Below, piece after piece: positions 50,601 through 61,500 of a stretch of 64,000 nt of DNA. Source of the DNA: Stylophora pistillata (Eukaryota). Each line of letters begins with the position of its first letter. Position 1 is the stretch's first letter. The translations under genes were made by a program, and so were the position numbers. Under the pieces are notes generated by a model. That model worked only from the letters and a program-made list of their open reading frames with translations. It was not told where the DNA came from and ran no database searches. Where the stretch lies: NCBI RefSeq assembly GCF_002571385.2, contig NW_019217786.1, positions 1,203,021 through 1,267,020 on the forward strand, given 5' to 3'.

Positions 50601-53600
50601 NNNNNNNNNNNNNNNNNNNNNNNNNNNNNNNNNNNNNNNNNNNNNNNNNNNNNNNNNNNNNNNNNNNNAATGAAATTAAATCTGATTTTTGGACTCATCA
50701 GTTAACTTTTCAACTTTGGGTCTTAATGCCTTTCACTCACAGAGAGCATATTGATTTTCCATGACTTTCCATGACCCACACCTAAATTTCATGACTTTCC
50801 AGGCCTGGAAAATGAAATTTTGAAATTCCATGACTTTCCAGGTTTTCCATGACCTGTACGAACCCTGTTAAACCTTGTAGGGGACCTATGTCCTATTGTT
50901 TCTGCTCCAGTACTTTGTACAAATCCTTAAATACTCAAATACTCAATACTCAAGGAGCACAGAAACTCTTTTTTACAATGCCATCCTAGATAATACGGAT
51001 CAACTACAAAAAATTCATTGTTGCATACCATATTTTGGATAGCACCTCAACTGGTAAGCCAGATTTCATGAAAAAATCCCTTGCTCTTGGACCTACATTG
51101 CAAAGTTTGCATGGTTAACAAATTGTGCTCACAAAGGTAGCACTACTGTTAACACAATACATTAACAAGACCATTCTCATGACAGCCACTCACTACTAAG
51201 CAAAAGGCATATATCAAAATACCAATCCAAATCAGCTTTCCCCTCCCCTCCCCCCCCTATAGGCAAAGTCATTGAGTGCATATAATGTTATTTCCAACAG
51301 TTATTGACAAAAGTGAACATGAATGTTACTAAAACTGTTGGTTACCTTTCACAACACCATCCACAGCTGGTTGCAGTCTTAAAAACTGTTTTGTGTAGTA
51401 TTCTCTTTGATCAGGCAAAATATGCCAAACATTATCTTCTGATTCCTCTTCAATGCTGCTGACACTTTCTGCAAAGCTTGCCAGTGATGGAGCTCTGAAT
51501 GAATGAGAAAATAAGTTTTAAAATCATGTACACATGGTACAATGAACATTGTACTGTGTAGTTCAAAACATACCTAAGGAGAACTTCACCCTCTTCACCC
51601 GCAAGCTCAGGAGAACTGCTGCGATCAACATCTTCATCACTGGAGCTGTGTTCTTCATCCAGTTCATTCACTACTGGTATTTGTTCCAGTGAAGCATTTG
51701 GAGGAAATGCTGCCCATTGTGTACTGTTAGGAATGTTTGCATGATTTTCACCTCGTCTCCACATCCCTGAAAATGAGTGGCAAGATTGAGAACCTGTCAA
51801 ATTATTTGTTATCTGTGAATACATAAATAATGTTATATATCTTGTTTAATTAAAGAATATCACCACAACTGATAACAAAAAAACCATCCCTAGTCTTCAT
51901 CTGGCAGTCAAAAGTGACTGATCATTAATTTTTATGATCACAGGATATAAGAAACATGGGACTGTGGAAGATGAAACTTTAGAACATGGGATTGATGAAC
52001 ATGAGACTGACTGAACAATGCGAGACTGAAGAACGCGAGATTGAAGAACATGGGACTGAAGAACATGGGACTGAGGAACATGGGACTGACAAATATGGGA
52101 CCAAGGAACACGGGACTGAACATGGGACCAAACATGTGACTGAACATGGGACTAAACATGGGACTCAAGAACATGCGACCGAAGAACATGGGACGGAAGA
52201 ACATGGGACTGAAGAACATAGGACTGAAGAACATGGCACTGAAGAACATGGCACTGAAGAACACGGCACTCAGAAACATAGGACTGAGGAATGCGGGACT
52301 GAGGAACATGGGACTGAGGAACATGACAGTGAGGAACATAGGACTGAAGAGCATGAAACAGATAAACATGGGACTGACAAACAAGGGGCTGTGGAAAATG
52401 AAAATGAAGAACATGCACTGATCCATGCTAAGAGCAAAGGAATGAAAAGTGTAAAATTTTCAAGAAAGAGAAGATATGGATAATGAAAACATATTCAATC
52501 TAAGATCCTGTTCAATCGTCTGTTCAAAGGTAGACACACACAAGACTTATCGTATCAAATTCTAAAGAAGTTGTTTTCATTCCTATCATCTACAAAGCAC
52601 TTCTGTAGTATGACATCCAATGCTTACTTTCTCCCCTTGGTTCAGCTGGATGGTTTACCCAGGATGATTCTGCATTATTTGGGGGTGGAGGACTGGCTGG
52701 GGATTTCACTGCCCAACCAGGCTGCCCTGAATTCTGAATCTGTTCACCTGACCAGAACAATGAAGATTATTTAATAATAATAAATTGTACTCAAAATATT
52801 ACGATTTGAATCAATGCAAGCATGGAAAGATACTCATAGTACATGTAATCGAACCTGTAGAAGGAGGCAGGGACTGAGTTCTCGTGAGTACATTGCCATG
52901 GTGAGATCCTGCAACTACTTGACCACTGTATACTACACCTTGAACAGGTGGCCCAACAGGGATAGTTTGGTGATACTGTGGCACAGCATAATGACCTTGC
53001 TGGTATGACTGTGCAACAAATTGTCCTGGTATTTGCTGGGTTGGGGGCCCTGGGGACTGGAAGGGTGTTGCAATAAAGTGAGCTTGCTGTGCAGGCACCA
53101 TGTAGACGGCAGGAATTTGCTGTCGTGGCTGCTGTGGCCAGTTTCCTCTCTGCTGGAGATGTTGTGAGGGAACTTGCTGGACTGCCATAGGTCTGGGTGG
53201 TGGTGGAATTACAACATTTCCTGGATAAACACCTGTTCCTGGAATAATGACTGCTGGGGATCCCACCGGTGATGTTATACTGTCGGGATCAGGATTTACT
53301 GCAGCCATATCAACCATTTCAGCTGGCTGTACCTTAGATGAGCCTGTTATTGAACTGTTATGATGTACATCTTTCCTTCCATCAGCTTTCTTAAAGGTCA
53401 TTTTTTTCTTTTTGTCTGTTTTGCAAATTGAAAAAAATCTTCTAACTATTTTCTGACTGAAGTGTGTATCAATCAGAATGGTATCCAATGTCATGTTTTT
53501 TAATGTAACCAGGTAAAAAATAAAAATGCTTTAAATAATAAGGCAACAACTATACAGTGCTAGTAATGTAACAAATTTCAGGAGACAAGTCCACACAGAG

Positions 53601-53827
53601 AACCATGGCCCATGATCAAGATAACATGAGCTTCGAGAGTTTTGAGATAACATACATCTGTCAAGTATAAACTACAACTCTAACATGAAACAGAGGCTTT
53701 TTCTTCACATAATACACACTTGTAAAGTACCTGCAGATTCTACAAACTTTTCTTTTTCTCTCTTTTTCTTATCTTGTCTATTGGCAACTTCATCATCTCC
53801 TTCTTCAACAAGCAAAGTGCGGTTCAT
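41613..53827 (-). CDS. REPS1: RalBP1-associated Eps domain-containing protein (REPS1/2); in-frame TAG at 46638-46640; 5' end uncertain
   Basis: Exons 53827-53731, 53343-52855, 52747-52628, 51766-51574, 51494-51346, 51092-51029, 49140-49001, 48259-48189, 47251-47171, 47012-46208, 45392-45355, 44913-44677, 44393-44345, 44231-44164, 42291-42191, 41924-41819 and 41699-41613, all phase-compatible. EH domain (QREYYTKQF...SDLNKDNALNLDEFCIAMHLVVA), PPPPPPR..HSRSSSLD, FADFSRF and a C-terminal coiled coil. Confidence 0.88.
42513..42551 (-). ncRNA. Minimal type I hammerhead ribozyme motif (U3-A8 core variant)
   Basis: tcac-TTGAAAA-t-gacctc(aga)gaggtc-GAAAC-GTC-gtga: stems I and II pair. Confidence 0.65.
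44033..44071 (+). ncRNA. Minimal type I hammerhead ribozyme motif (U3-A8 core variant), second copy
   Basis: tcac-TTGAAAA-t-gacctc(tga)gaggtc-GAAAC-GTC-gtga. Confidence 0.65.
44943..45295. repeat. Dispersed foldback repeat in REPS intron
   Basis: Imperfect hairpin gatttc...caatttggtg...aattattcaaagac...attgcactcgccctaccggctcgtgcaat...tttgaaaa...caccaacttg...gaaatc, preceded by a ctgattggctg arm. Confidence 0.6.
49195..49660. mobile_element. Non-autonomous DNA transposon fragment with multiple ttcaaggac subterminal repeats
   Basis: Repeated ttcaagga(c/cttt) motifs at 49210-49275 and 49556-49660. Confidence 0.6.
49663..49725 (+). mobile_element. tRNA-derived SINE head truncated by a ~940-N gap
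   Basis: ggttagctcaatggatagagc (A box) ... gggttcgagcc (B box); resembles the SINE at 425-786. Confidence 0.7.
50755..50867. mobile_element. End of a hAT-like MITE with ccatgactttcca repeats
   Basis: Repeated (tt)ccatgactttcca ending in acctgtacgaaccctg. Confidence 0.55.
51950..52420. repeat. 15-bp minisatellite (gaacatgggactgaa)n in REPS intron
   Basis: About 30 degenerate tandem units; produces repetitive ORFs on both strands. Confidence 0.92.
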
Positions 53828-55069
53828 ATCTGGAAATCATAGAATAAAGACTGTGACAGAAGGTATTTACATAGGGTAATATTGTACCTTTGTTTAAAAA
53901 GGAGTCTACCTGGCCCAGAAACTGCTTCAACTGGAGGAAGTAGAGCTCAATTGAAAAGAATGTTGGTGTATCATTTTACACAGGGCTACCAAGTCATAGA
54001 TAAGTTGGACAGACTTTCAGGGCTTCCGACCGTACAATTGTTTTAAAAAAGGAAAAACGAATATGTATTGCATTTGTGATAACAATATTCTTGGTATATA
54101 TTGCCAGTGTAACAAATATAAGTTCAAGGATGTTTTCATTTCAGCTTTAAGCTGATAACTTTACCTAAAATGCTAAATATTATTTCAAGTGTAAAGATGA
54201 GTGATTTTGCAGTAACTTCCAACAAATTCAAACCTTGCTTAGTTGAATTAGACATGTTGTGGAAGTTTTCAGATTGAAACATAAAACAATATAAAGACCA
54301 ACATAGCAAGCGAATTAGCCAGGCTTTCAGCAATTTTAAGTGAAATACTTTCAATTTAAGAAAGGAAAAAAAACATGTGGTCGTTTTCTTTCAGCAAATA
54401 GGAAATTCTCTCTAAAATTATACGAGACTCCTCATAAATTTTCAAACAGAAACTACTAAATTTAGCAAAATAGACACGCTCTGCCGAGTAAAATGGACTG
54501 CATGTACACCCTCGACAAAAGCTATTGAAGTAACAATGGAATGAAATAAGCTGAGTCAAGGACTGTTTAATTACTGAAAACAAAACTTACCAAAAATAGT
54601 TTTGCTTGAATAAAAGCGCAACGTTTAAGACTTAGAAACTGCTTTAAAAAAGTTATCTGATACCTACCAAAGTGGAACATATAAGTCATGATTTTGGATA
54701 TCAAACACGCGACTTCACCTTTCAGTGGTCAAAGTTATGTGTAATTTAAGCTACATAATCGTGGTAAACAATCCAAAAAGCTCTAGATATCACAGTAAGT
54801 AAATTCTTACCTTTAACAAGTCAATTATGTGCAAAGGAATTAAGTTTTCATCCAGTTTGCGATCAACTTCGATATCCTCCTCAGCAATCCTCCTCAGCAA
54901 TCCTCCTTCGCTTTCAGTAAAAGACGGAAATTCTTCGAAAGGGCCAAAAAATAAATCATTGTGAGAAACTTAACATTTTTCTACGGTAAGCCTCTTGTCT
55001 GATTAGATTAGGAGCTTTAATCAACCATATATTGAACAGAATCAGCAATTTCCTTAACTTAGTAGTGGA

Positions 55070-55180
55070 AATCTGCGGCCATATTGGAACATAGTCACGT
55101 GCCAAAATATGCACTCCCAGACACTCCCGGATGAGAACGAGGCGTAGAATCGGCCATGCCAAATCACTTCCGGTTTGCCT
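55070..55180 (-). promoter_or_regulatory. Candidate housekeeping promoter of the REPS gene
   Basis: Minus-strand cluster of ETS-like ccggaagt, E-box gcacgtgac and YY1-like aatatggccgc, followed by a strong donor aag|gtaaga at 54811/54810. Confidence 0.4.
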
Positions 55181-56642
55181 TTTCAGCCACCCAGAAGAGG
55201 CTCGTCTCCGATTGGAAGTATGCGAAGACTTGACTGAGGACGCTTCTGAATGGTAGTTAACGCTTGGTTTTCTTGCTTTTTTTTTTTAAAGGAGAAAACA
55301 AATTCTTTACTTAAGGCAATTTACAACCACCGACCTGAAGAGTAAATGTTGTTGAAGGATTAAGCCTACGAACTGACATATCCAGCATGCGCAGCGGATG
55401 GAAGGCGACGCGACCTTGAATAGATCTCGATTATGATCCTTTAAAGGAAAAAGGGGTGCATTCCCTTTTAAGAGCAGATTCGAGTAAAATGAGGATCGAA
55501 TTATCATTTCGAGCGCATCCTCAATTTGATGGGTGTGGACGTTCTTTTTCTTTCAGCGGTTCGAGCTGATTCAGTCAATAAGCATTTGATCATACAATCA
55601 TGCCTCTTCCTTTACCTTCTTTCGTTCTTTAAGCTCGCTGCTTATTTCGGTGTCACAGCAGATTTAGACCTTCGCGTATTGGGACCGCTAAGCGGATATG
55701 CCCTCCCAACCCGGAAAATTTCCATTTTTTTCCCCCTCCATTATGAGTGTATCATGTTTAGTAATGCAAGCTTTTTTCAGCTCTCCTCTGATTGTGGACA
55801 TAATACTTCTAACTAATCGTGAGTGATCAAAACAAACGGACTTATTTTTGCAATCTTTTCCGTTTAATTATGGTTATCTGCATGCGTAGTTTATGATAAA
55901 AACACGATTATGTTCGTGTTTGCGAACGACGATGTTCTGTAGACTGTCACTGGAAGATAACAGTAGTATAAGTCGTCTGGATGGAAGTAATCAATCAGAG
56001 AGCGATGCATATAATTAATGTTCCATATATGGACAATAAAAAACAATGAGTTATATGTCATTATGGATAGACATAACAATGAAAACGTGACGTCACGGAT
56101 ATGCATAACAATAAAATGTGACGTGTAAGACGACGTCACGGTCTGTCAGAATGAAGCAATCAGAGAGAGGTTTGCATATAATGAACCCCAAATATGGTAA
56201 ACAGAAGTGAATGACAGAAACACGTCACGAACGGCTCTGGAATGAGCAAATCAAAAGCAAAATGATATCACAGGGGCGAGTTTAGTGCGGGATTAAAAGA
56301 AGAATTGACTTTACCTCATCCATTTGAAATGGATGCATGTCTGGAAAGTTTGGATGGATGAATTACTGTTTGCATGTCTGAAATAGCAACAAAACACGCA
56401 CTTGGATATATTCATGATCTACTTGAAAACATTTCCCGTGATTGTGGTAGTGATACATTACAACGTATTATCAACTGGAAGGACGAATACCTTGAAGACC
56501 CAGAGGGAACCTTAATTAAGTACGAGACACGTGACCGGATATAGTTCAAAAGAGGAACAATGTTATAAAAACTGTTGTGGATTACACTAAAGCTGTCTAT
56601 GAGCGGGAATTTTCAGACGACGAGGAGGAGGAAGAGACGTAA

Positions 56643-56819
56643 ATGCCGTCACATCCATCACCTTTACAAAAAGTAGTAAGGTTTAACCCACACGCACTAT
56701 TCAACACCCCTCGGAGACAATTTTTCTGTAACAGTTGTAGGAGAACTGTAGATACGTTGACTTGTTTGGATTCATTAATCTGTTTTCATTGTAAACATCA
56801 ATTAGTAGGAAGAGATTGA
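56643..56819 (+). CDS. 58-aa C4 zinc-ribbon-like ORF inside the Polinton
   Basis: MPSHPSPLQKVVRFNPHALFNTPRRQFFCNSCRRTVDTLTCLDSLICFHCKHQLVGRD*; ATG abuts the preceding TAA. Confidence 0.5.
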   Translation: MPSHPSPLQKVVRFNPHALFNTPRRQFFCNSCRRTVDTLTCLDSLICFHCKHQLVGRD

Positions 56820-57160
56820 ACAACCTATGGATATACATTAACGAGATGGTAGACAGACAACATTACATAGTCGATAATCCTAAAGTAGCAGTGATTGAGA
56901 TAGAAAGCATTTTGGATATCATTTCATATGCCGATGAGGATGCTTTAAATAGAATGATGCGTCACGCTCTAGCTTATATGAAGCCTCACAATTTTGATCA
57001 TGTTGTTAGGGATTCAAAAGAAACTACTGCAAATAAGGAATTCGACAATGACGACGCATTCGAACAACATAGGAATGAGATTATGAAAGCCATTTTTAGA
57101 TATGTCGAATACATAAACGACAGCCACGAATGGGCTAGAAAGGCTAGCTTATTGGAATAA
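56816..57160 (+). CDS. Unknown predicted helical protein inside the Polinton
   Basis: 114-codon ORF with protein-like composition; its stop overlaps aataaa. Confidence 0.5.
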   Translation: MNNLWIYINEMVDRQHYIVDNPKVAVIEIESILDIISYADEDALNRMMRHALAYMKPHNFDHVVRDSKETTANKEFDNDDAFEQHRNEIMKAIFRYVEYINDSHEWARKASLLE

Positions 57161-57413
57161 AGATTCATTTTTACCTGTACCTTCAACGAGATGGCATGTA
57201 AAGAGAACGTTACTACTGCACTATTTGACCCCATTTTGTACCGTTCACCTTACTGTCCCCACAAGTTGTATGAGTTCGTATACAGTAATACGGAGCCAGA
57301 AGCAGATTCCGTTTACAGAAGAAGACGTGTCAGATGAAGTGAGGTATGATTTAGTTTCAAAGGTAAGTCACAACTCAACGGTATTTTACTTTCTAAAACT
57401 ATTACTACTAATG

Positions 57414-57565
57414 AATAAAGGCTGATAGTTTCGAAAGAAACTGTTTGGGGCTGCGTCGGTGGGAGTAACGAAATAGTTTGGATATATCAACAAAGTTGAA
57501 ATGGTAAATTGGCCACCGTAACGATTACAAAAGCTGACGTTTCGAGCGTTAGCCCTTCGTCGGAG
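57414..57565 (-). mobile_element. 152-bp Penelope-type terminal repeat insertion carrying a hammerhead motif, nested in the Polinton
   Basis: 15-bp TSD ctattactactaatg at 57399-57413 and 57566-57580; minus strand gct-CCGACGA-a-gggc(taac)gctc-GAAAC-GTC-agc. Confidence 0.82.
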
Positions 57566-57986
57566 CTATTACTACTAATGTGGAGAGAAGGAAAGAACAT
57601 TCCAGACCCTCATCATGGAGATCCTACTAGTTATTCAAAGTTGGATGAATACTGTGATGACGTGGACGATGTACTAATTTCAGAGATACGCAAGATGGCA
57701 CACCCCCTTCAAGCTAGCACCCGACTAAATCTATTCACTCAGTGGTACGATTTTTGAAAACTGGGTAATGAATTGAGAGAGAATAACATCGCATTTGCTA
57801 TTATTTATGAAATGTATGAGAGTTTGAGGGTTAATGCAGAAGCCCTAGACCCTGAACGCGTGGGTTTGTGGTACAAAGGGGTAGTTAATTTAGCAAAACA
57901 AGTACGATTATTCTAAGCGATTTCACATGTGTTTATTGTAAGCGATTTCCTGTGTTTTACAAGTAGAGCAAGCAATAAAAAAATTT

Positions 57987-58608
57987 TCAAGTAGCAATGT
58001 CTTGTCTATACAAGTCAAAGCCTCGAGCAGTTAATATAGAATAAATCCACGAATACCCCCTTACAGATAAAGGATCAAAATCAAAGCCATCATCACCCCA
58101 CTCAGGAAATGAAGCAAACTGAATAACAAATGAAGAATAAAAAACGTGCATCGCATTTAAAGTGAAATCGCGTATAACGCGAGTATTAGCCACACTACAA
58201 AATAAGTGTAATGCAACTATATTACAATGCTCGTTACCGTGTAAAAGGAATAAAATGCGTTCTCCTGCGCTTCTTGTCAATCCTTCCCGTAAATAGAAAA
58301 TTACAACAGGAAAAGCTGATCTATTATCGATCTGAAAAATAGAGAAAAAAAAGTTGTTACCTCCTCTTCCTACAAATATGAAAATTTGCTTCATTTTGTA
58401 GAGTGGTGTAATGCCATCTAAATCCTATGATTGGCACAAATCCAGATGGTAATTCTATTTCTGAGTTAAATATTGCAAAAATAACATTTAAATCGAACAC
58501 ATTATTAACGGATGTAAAAAAAACGTAAAGTAACTGTTTGAGTAATTTTCTAAACAAATGACCACCACATAATAATTCTCCAATGTATACAAGTTCGCTC
58601 TCAGTCAT
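57987..58608 (-). pseudogene. Interrupted or intron-containing unknown ORF(s) inside the Polinton
   Basis: Overlapping ORFs 58357-58608 and 57987-58394, with an acceptor-like ttttcag at ~58332; they end near a shared aataaa/tttatt region at ~57930-57980. Confidence 0.4.
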
Positions 58609-58623
58609 TCTATCTGAAACGAT

Positions 58624-59095
58624 GAATCAACTTAACGGACTGCTCCCAGTTGGCTTGTTAGCTCAATTGGTAGAGCGCTGCACTAGTATCGCAGAGGTCA
58701 GTGGTTCGAATCCCGTACAGGCCTGATTTTTTTCAGGTCTGATTTTCGCTATTGCATAAATAGCGCTCTCTACTGCGAGGATCGTGCATCATACGTATTT
58801 AATACCGCAGTTCAAAATATACAAACTTCATATATACATTGTATCTGATTTATCATCACGGGTTTATTACGAATCAACTTAACGGCATGCTCCCAGTTGG
58901 CTTGTTAGCTCAATTGGTAGAGCGCTGCACTAGTATCGCAGAGGTCAGTGGTTCGAATCCCGTACAGGCCTGATTTTTTTCAGGTCTGATTTTCGCTATT
59001 GCATAAATAGCGCTCTCTACTGCGAGGATCGTGCATCATACGTATCTACAACCGCAGTTCAAAATATATGAACTTCACATATTCATTGTATCCGA
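58624..59095 (+). repeat. Tandem pair of 247-bp tRNA-derived repeat units, each with a 73-nt tRNA-like head (anticodon AGT, Thr-like) at 58652-58724 and 58899-58971
   Basis: ggcttgt/acaggcc acceptor stem, tagctcaattggtagagc D arm, ggttcgaatcc T arm, then a T-tract. A tail fragment also occurs at ~31350-31425. Confidence 0.85.
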
Positions 59096-59599
59096 TAAAA
59101 GAAAAATAGCCTACTTATCCATACAATGACGTCAAAGTTCTACAAAGTGAATAAGACATTCTGTTTCAGCCTCAGTAAAGCGTAAACGACGTGATATCTT
59201 TCTAAATTTTTCTTTCCCTTTTGTGCATCCACATATTCTCATTGCTACTTTCACAGGATCCGCATCTACAAAAATCACAAATGCATAGCGTCTAGTTCAA
59301 ACGTTACAGTATGTAATTTATAAGCTTCGGTTCTATTTCTCCAAAATTCTTTTGAATTCATTCCTTCACACAATGAGTAAAAGTAGATTGGCAGCATCTA
59401 GAGTGGTTTAACAAAAAGCCCATTTTTCACTTTTGCTAACACTTCCTCTAATTCACAAGCGGATGAAAAAAGAAATCCTGTGACAAAGTTGGGTTGAAAA
59501 TCCATTCTCTTTTCAATCGATGAAAAGTGTTTCTTCTCAACAATCATGTGACTGCGAGTGTCACCAGTTCCTAAAAGATATTTAAAAAGTACATGTCAA

Positions 59600-60304
59600 T
59601 CACTCTTCTCCATTCATGAAAGCAGTGAGAATGGCCGTATTCTTAATGCTTGGTTTAAAGGCCCACCAGCAGAATAAATCACAATTTCTCTCTCCACATC
59701 TCAAGTACATCCGACCATACGTCTTATCCGATTTTGAAATGGATAAAGTAGCTGCATTACCACACTGACAGACCATCTTGGCAATTCTACCGAGTGTGAA
59801 CCACTCATACGCCTGTTTCTTACACTGATCAGAATACCAGATAACATCATCTTTACAACAAAAGACAGGACAATTGGGTTCTGGACAACGAGGAAACACT
59901 TTTATCTCATCTTCTTGTTTTGATGTCACCTCCTCTAAGTCAGTACGGTGAACTGGACATGGATAGGTCATTTGTAAACTATGCAAAACTTCTTCAAGAC
60001 TTGAATAATGAAACGTTCCCGTACCTTCAGTGAATGGAACCACTGGACCACTGGTTGTCTCACTGTGTACAACTGTGTTAGGCACTTCCTCACTTGATGA
60101 AACCACTTCTATCTGCCATTTCATTTTCTTCATTTCCTTGAGTGGAAGAGGGTCAATAAGGATAGTAGATTTGCCTTGTTTTTTCTGCGAAGCTTTCTTA
60201 TAGGGATGAGCCCTCTTCGTCTCCTTAGCTTGCATTCTTGCTATTGTTATTGTTGAATTATCTTCTCTTTTCTTGACTGTGTTGCGAGAGTGATCAAGTG
60301 ACAT
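59600..60304 (-). CDS. 234-aa protein with GRF-type zinc finger inside the Polinton
   Basis: CQCGNAATLSISKSDKTYGRMYLRCGERNCDLFCWW fits the zf-GRF pattern, with an upstream CPVH...RCPEPNCPVF second Zn site. ATG lies 8 bp inside the right TIR. Confidence 0.8.
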   Translation of the reverse strand: MSLDHSRNTVKKREDNSTITIARMQAKETKRAHPYKKASQKKQGKSTILIDPLPLKEMKKMKWQIEVVSSSEEVPNTVVHSETTSGPVVPFTEGTGTFHYSSLEEVLHSLQMTYPCPVHRTDLEEVTSKQEDEIKVFPRCPEPNCPVFCCKDDVIWYSDQCKKQAYEWFTLGRIAKMVCQCGNAATLSISKSDKTYGRMYLRCGERNCDLFCWWAFKPSIKNTAILTAFMNGEE

Positions 60305-60829
60305 GTGAGTGTTCTTCTTTTAACCCCGCACTAAACCCGCCCATGTGATATCATTTTGCTTTTGATTTGTTCATTCCAGAGCCGTTCGTGACGTGTTTCT
60401 GTCATTCATTTTCTGTTTACCATATTTGGGGTTCATTATATGCAAACCTCTCTCTGAGTGCTTCATTCTGACAGACACCGTGACGTCGTCTTACACGTCA
60501 CATTTTATTGTTATACATATCCGTGACGTCACGTTTTCATTGTTATGTATATCCATGATGACGTATAACTCATTGTTTTCTATTGACCATACATGGAACA
60601 TTAATTATATGCATTGCTCTCTGATTGATTACTTCCATCCAGACGACCTATACTACTGATAACAATAATCTTACAATATTCACACACCAATTAATTTTAC
60701 ATCTGTTGTATCCTGGTGTTTCGTGTATTGTCCATTGCCAATACTATCAGTAAAAGTTTGGATCTTTTTTCTAGAATATTTTGCGGGTGTAATCCAGCAG
60801 AATGATCATTTTATTACACTATACACCTG

Positions 60830-61066
60830 GGCCGGGTTGTTCAAAGCTAGGTTAAGATAACCCTGGGGTTTTGTGATATTTGATTTCAGATGTGAAAGCT
60901 TTCAAAGAAAATTCAGTGTAATTCCATTTACCTACAATTTGACAATTGAATGGTCCAAAAAGGATCCGCAAATTATCCCAAAAGGGCTTTTGAACAGAAA
61001 AATATAGAAAGCAGGATTAAAATTTAACCGTGGGTCAGTGCTACTCAGCCTTCGAACAACTGGGCC
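60830..61066. mobile_element. Harbinger-type MITE, 237 bp, CTG target duplication
   Basis: TIRs ggccgggttgttcaaag / cttcgaacaactgggcc with ctg at 60827-60829 and 61067-61069. A related fragment lies at ~41140-41215. Confidence 0.82.
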
Positions 61067-61500
61067 CTGTACTGTAAGGGACAAGGGGCGAGGGAGGAAT
61101 GGAATCCCATTCCGACACCATTCCTGCTTCCGCCATGGCGTGCGGCCCTCATATAGGGACTTTTGCTTGATAATTTGCAATAAAAGTACTCACGGGGCTA
61201 TAGGGGTCATGTAACAATATTTATTATCTAAATTATTCAAACAAGCTGCTCTTGGAATAAAACTGCCGTCCTTTTCAGTGATCAGATGGGAGAAAATTAT
61301 AGATGCCTGCAAATTCCCTATCTCAAAATTGAATGTTTCTTTTGCAAATTTTTAGTGTGAGTTCTTGCTTACCGCCTCCTGATTTTAAAATCAACCAGAT
61401 TCCATGCAAAATATCGCAACAAATATTTTCTCTTGTGGCTTGGTTTACGAAACAGAATGCTTACATTTTCGCCGTCTATCATATTTTCCCCCGAGAAAAG

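Larger units (their letters stand above)
55962..60657. mobile_element. Polinton/Maverick-type element, 4696 bp, lacking recognisable pPolB, integrase, ATPase, protease and capsid genes
   Basis: 5'-AGTAGT...ACTACT-3' termini, ~345-bp TIRs (55962-56304 and 60312-60657) and a perfect 6-bp TSD gataac (55956-55961 and 60658-60663). Confidence 0.92.

Noticed and set aside
49676-50705. Long ORFs across N runs (also 5780-6118)
   Set aside because: Artefacts of assembly gaps.
51938-52483. Repetitive EEHGT / FSPM ORFs
   Set aside because: Translations of a 15-bp intronic minisatellite; the flanking REPS exons splice in phase without them.
58652-58971. Two bona fide tRNA-Thr genes
   Set aside because: Stem mismatches and embedding in a 247-bp repeat whose tail recurs elsewhere favour a tRNA-derived repeat; not scored with tRNAscan.
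60700-61136. Possible first exon (MAEAGMVSEWDS..., strong Kozak at 61136) of REPS or another gene, interrupted by the MITE and the Polinton
   Set aside because: Donor sites are weak, the reconstructed next intron would be only ~49 nt and the peptide has no recognisable homology.
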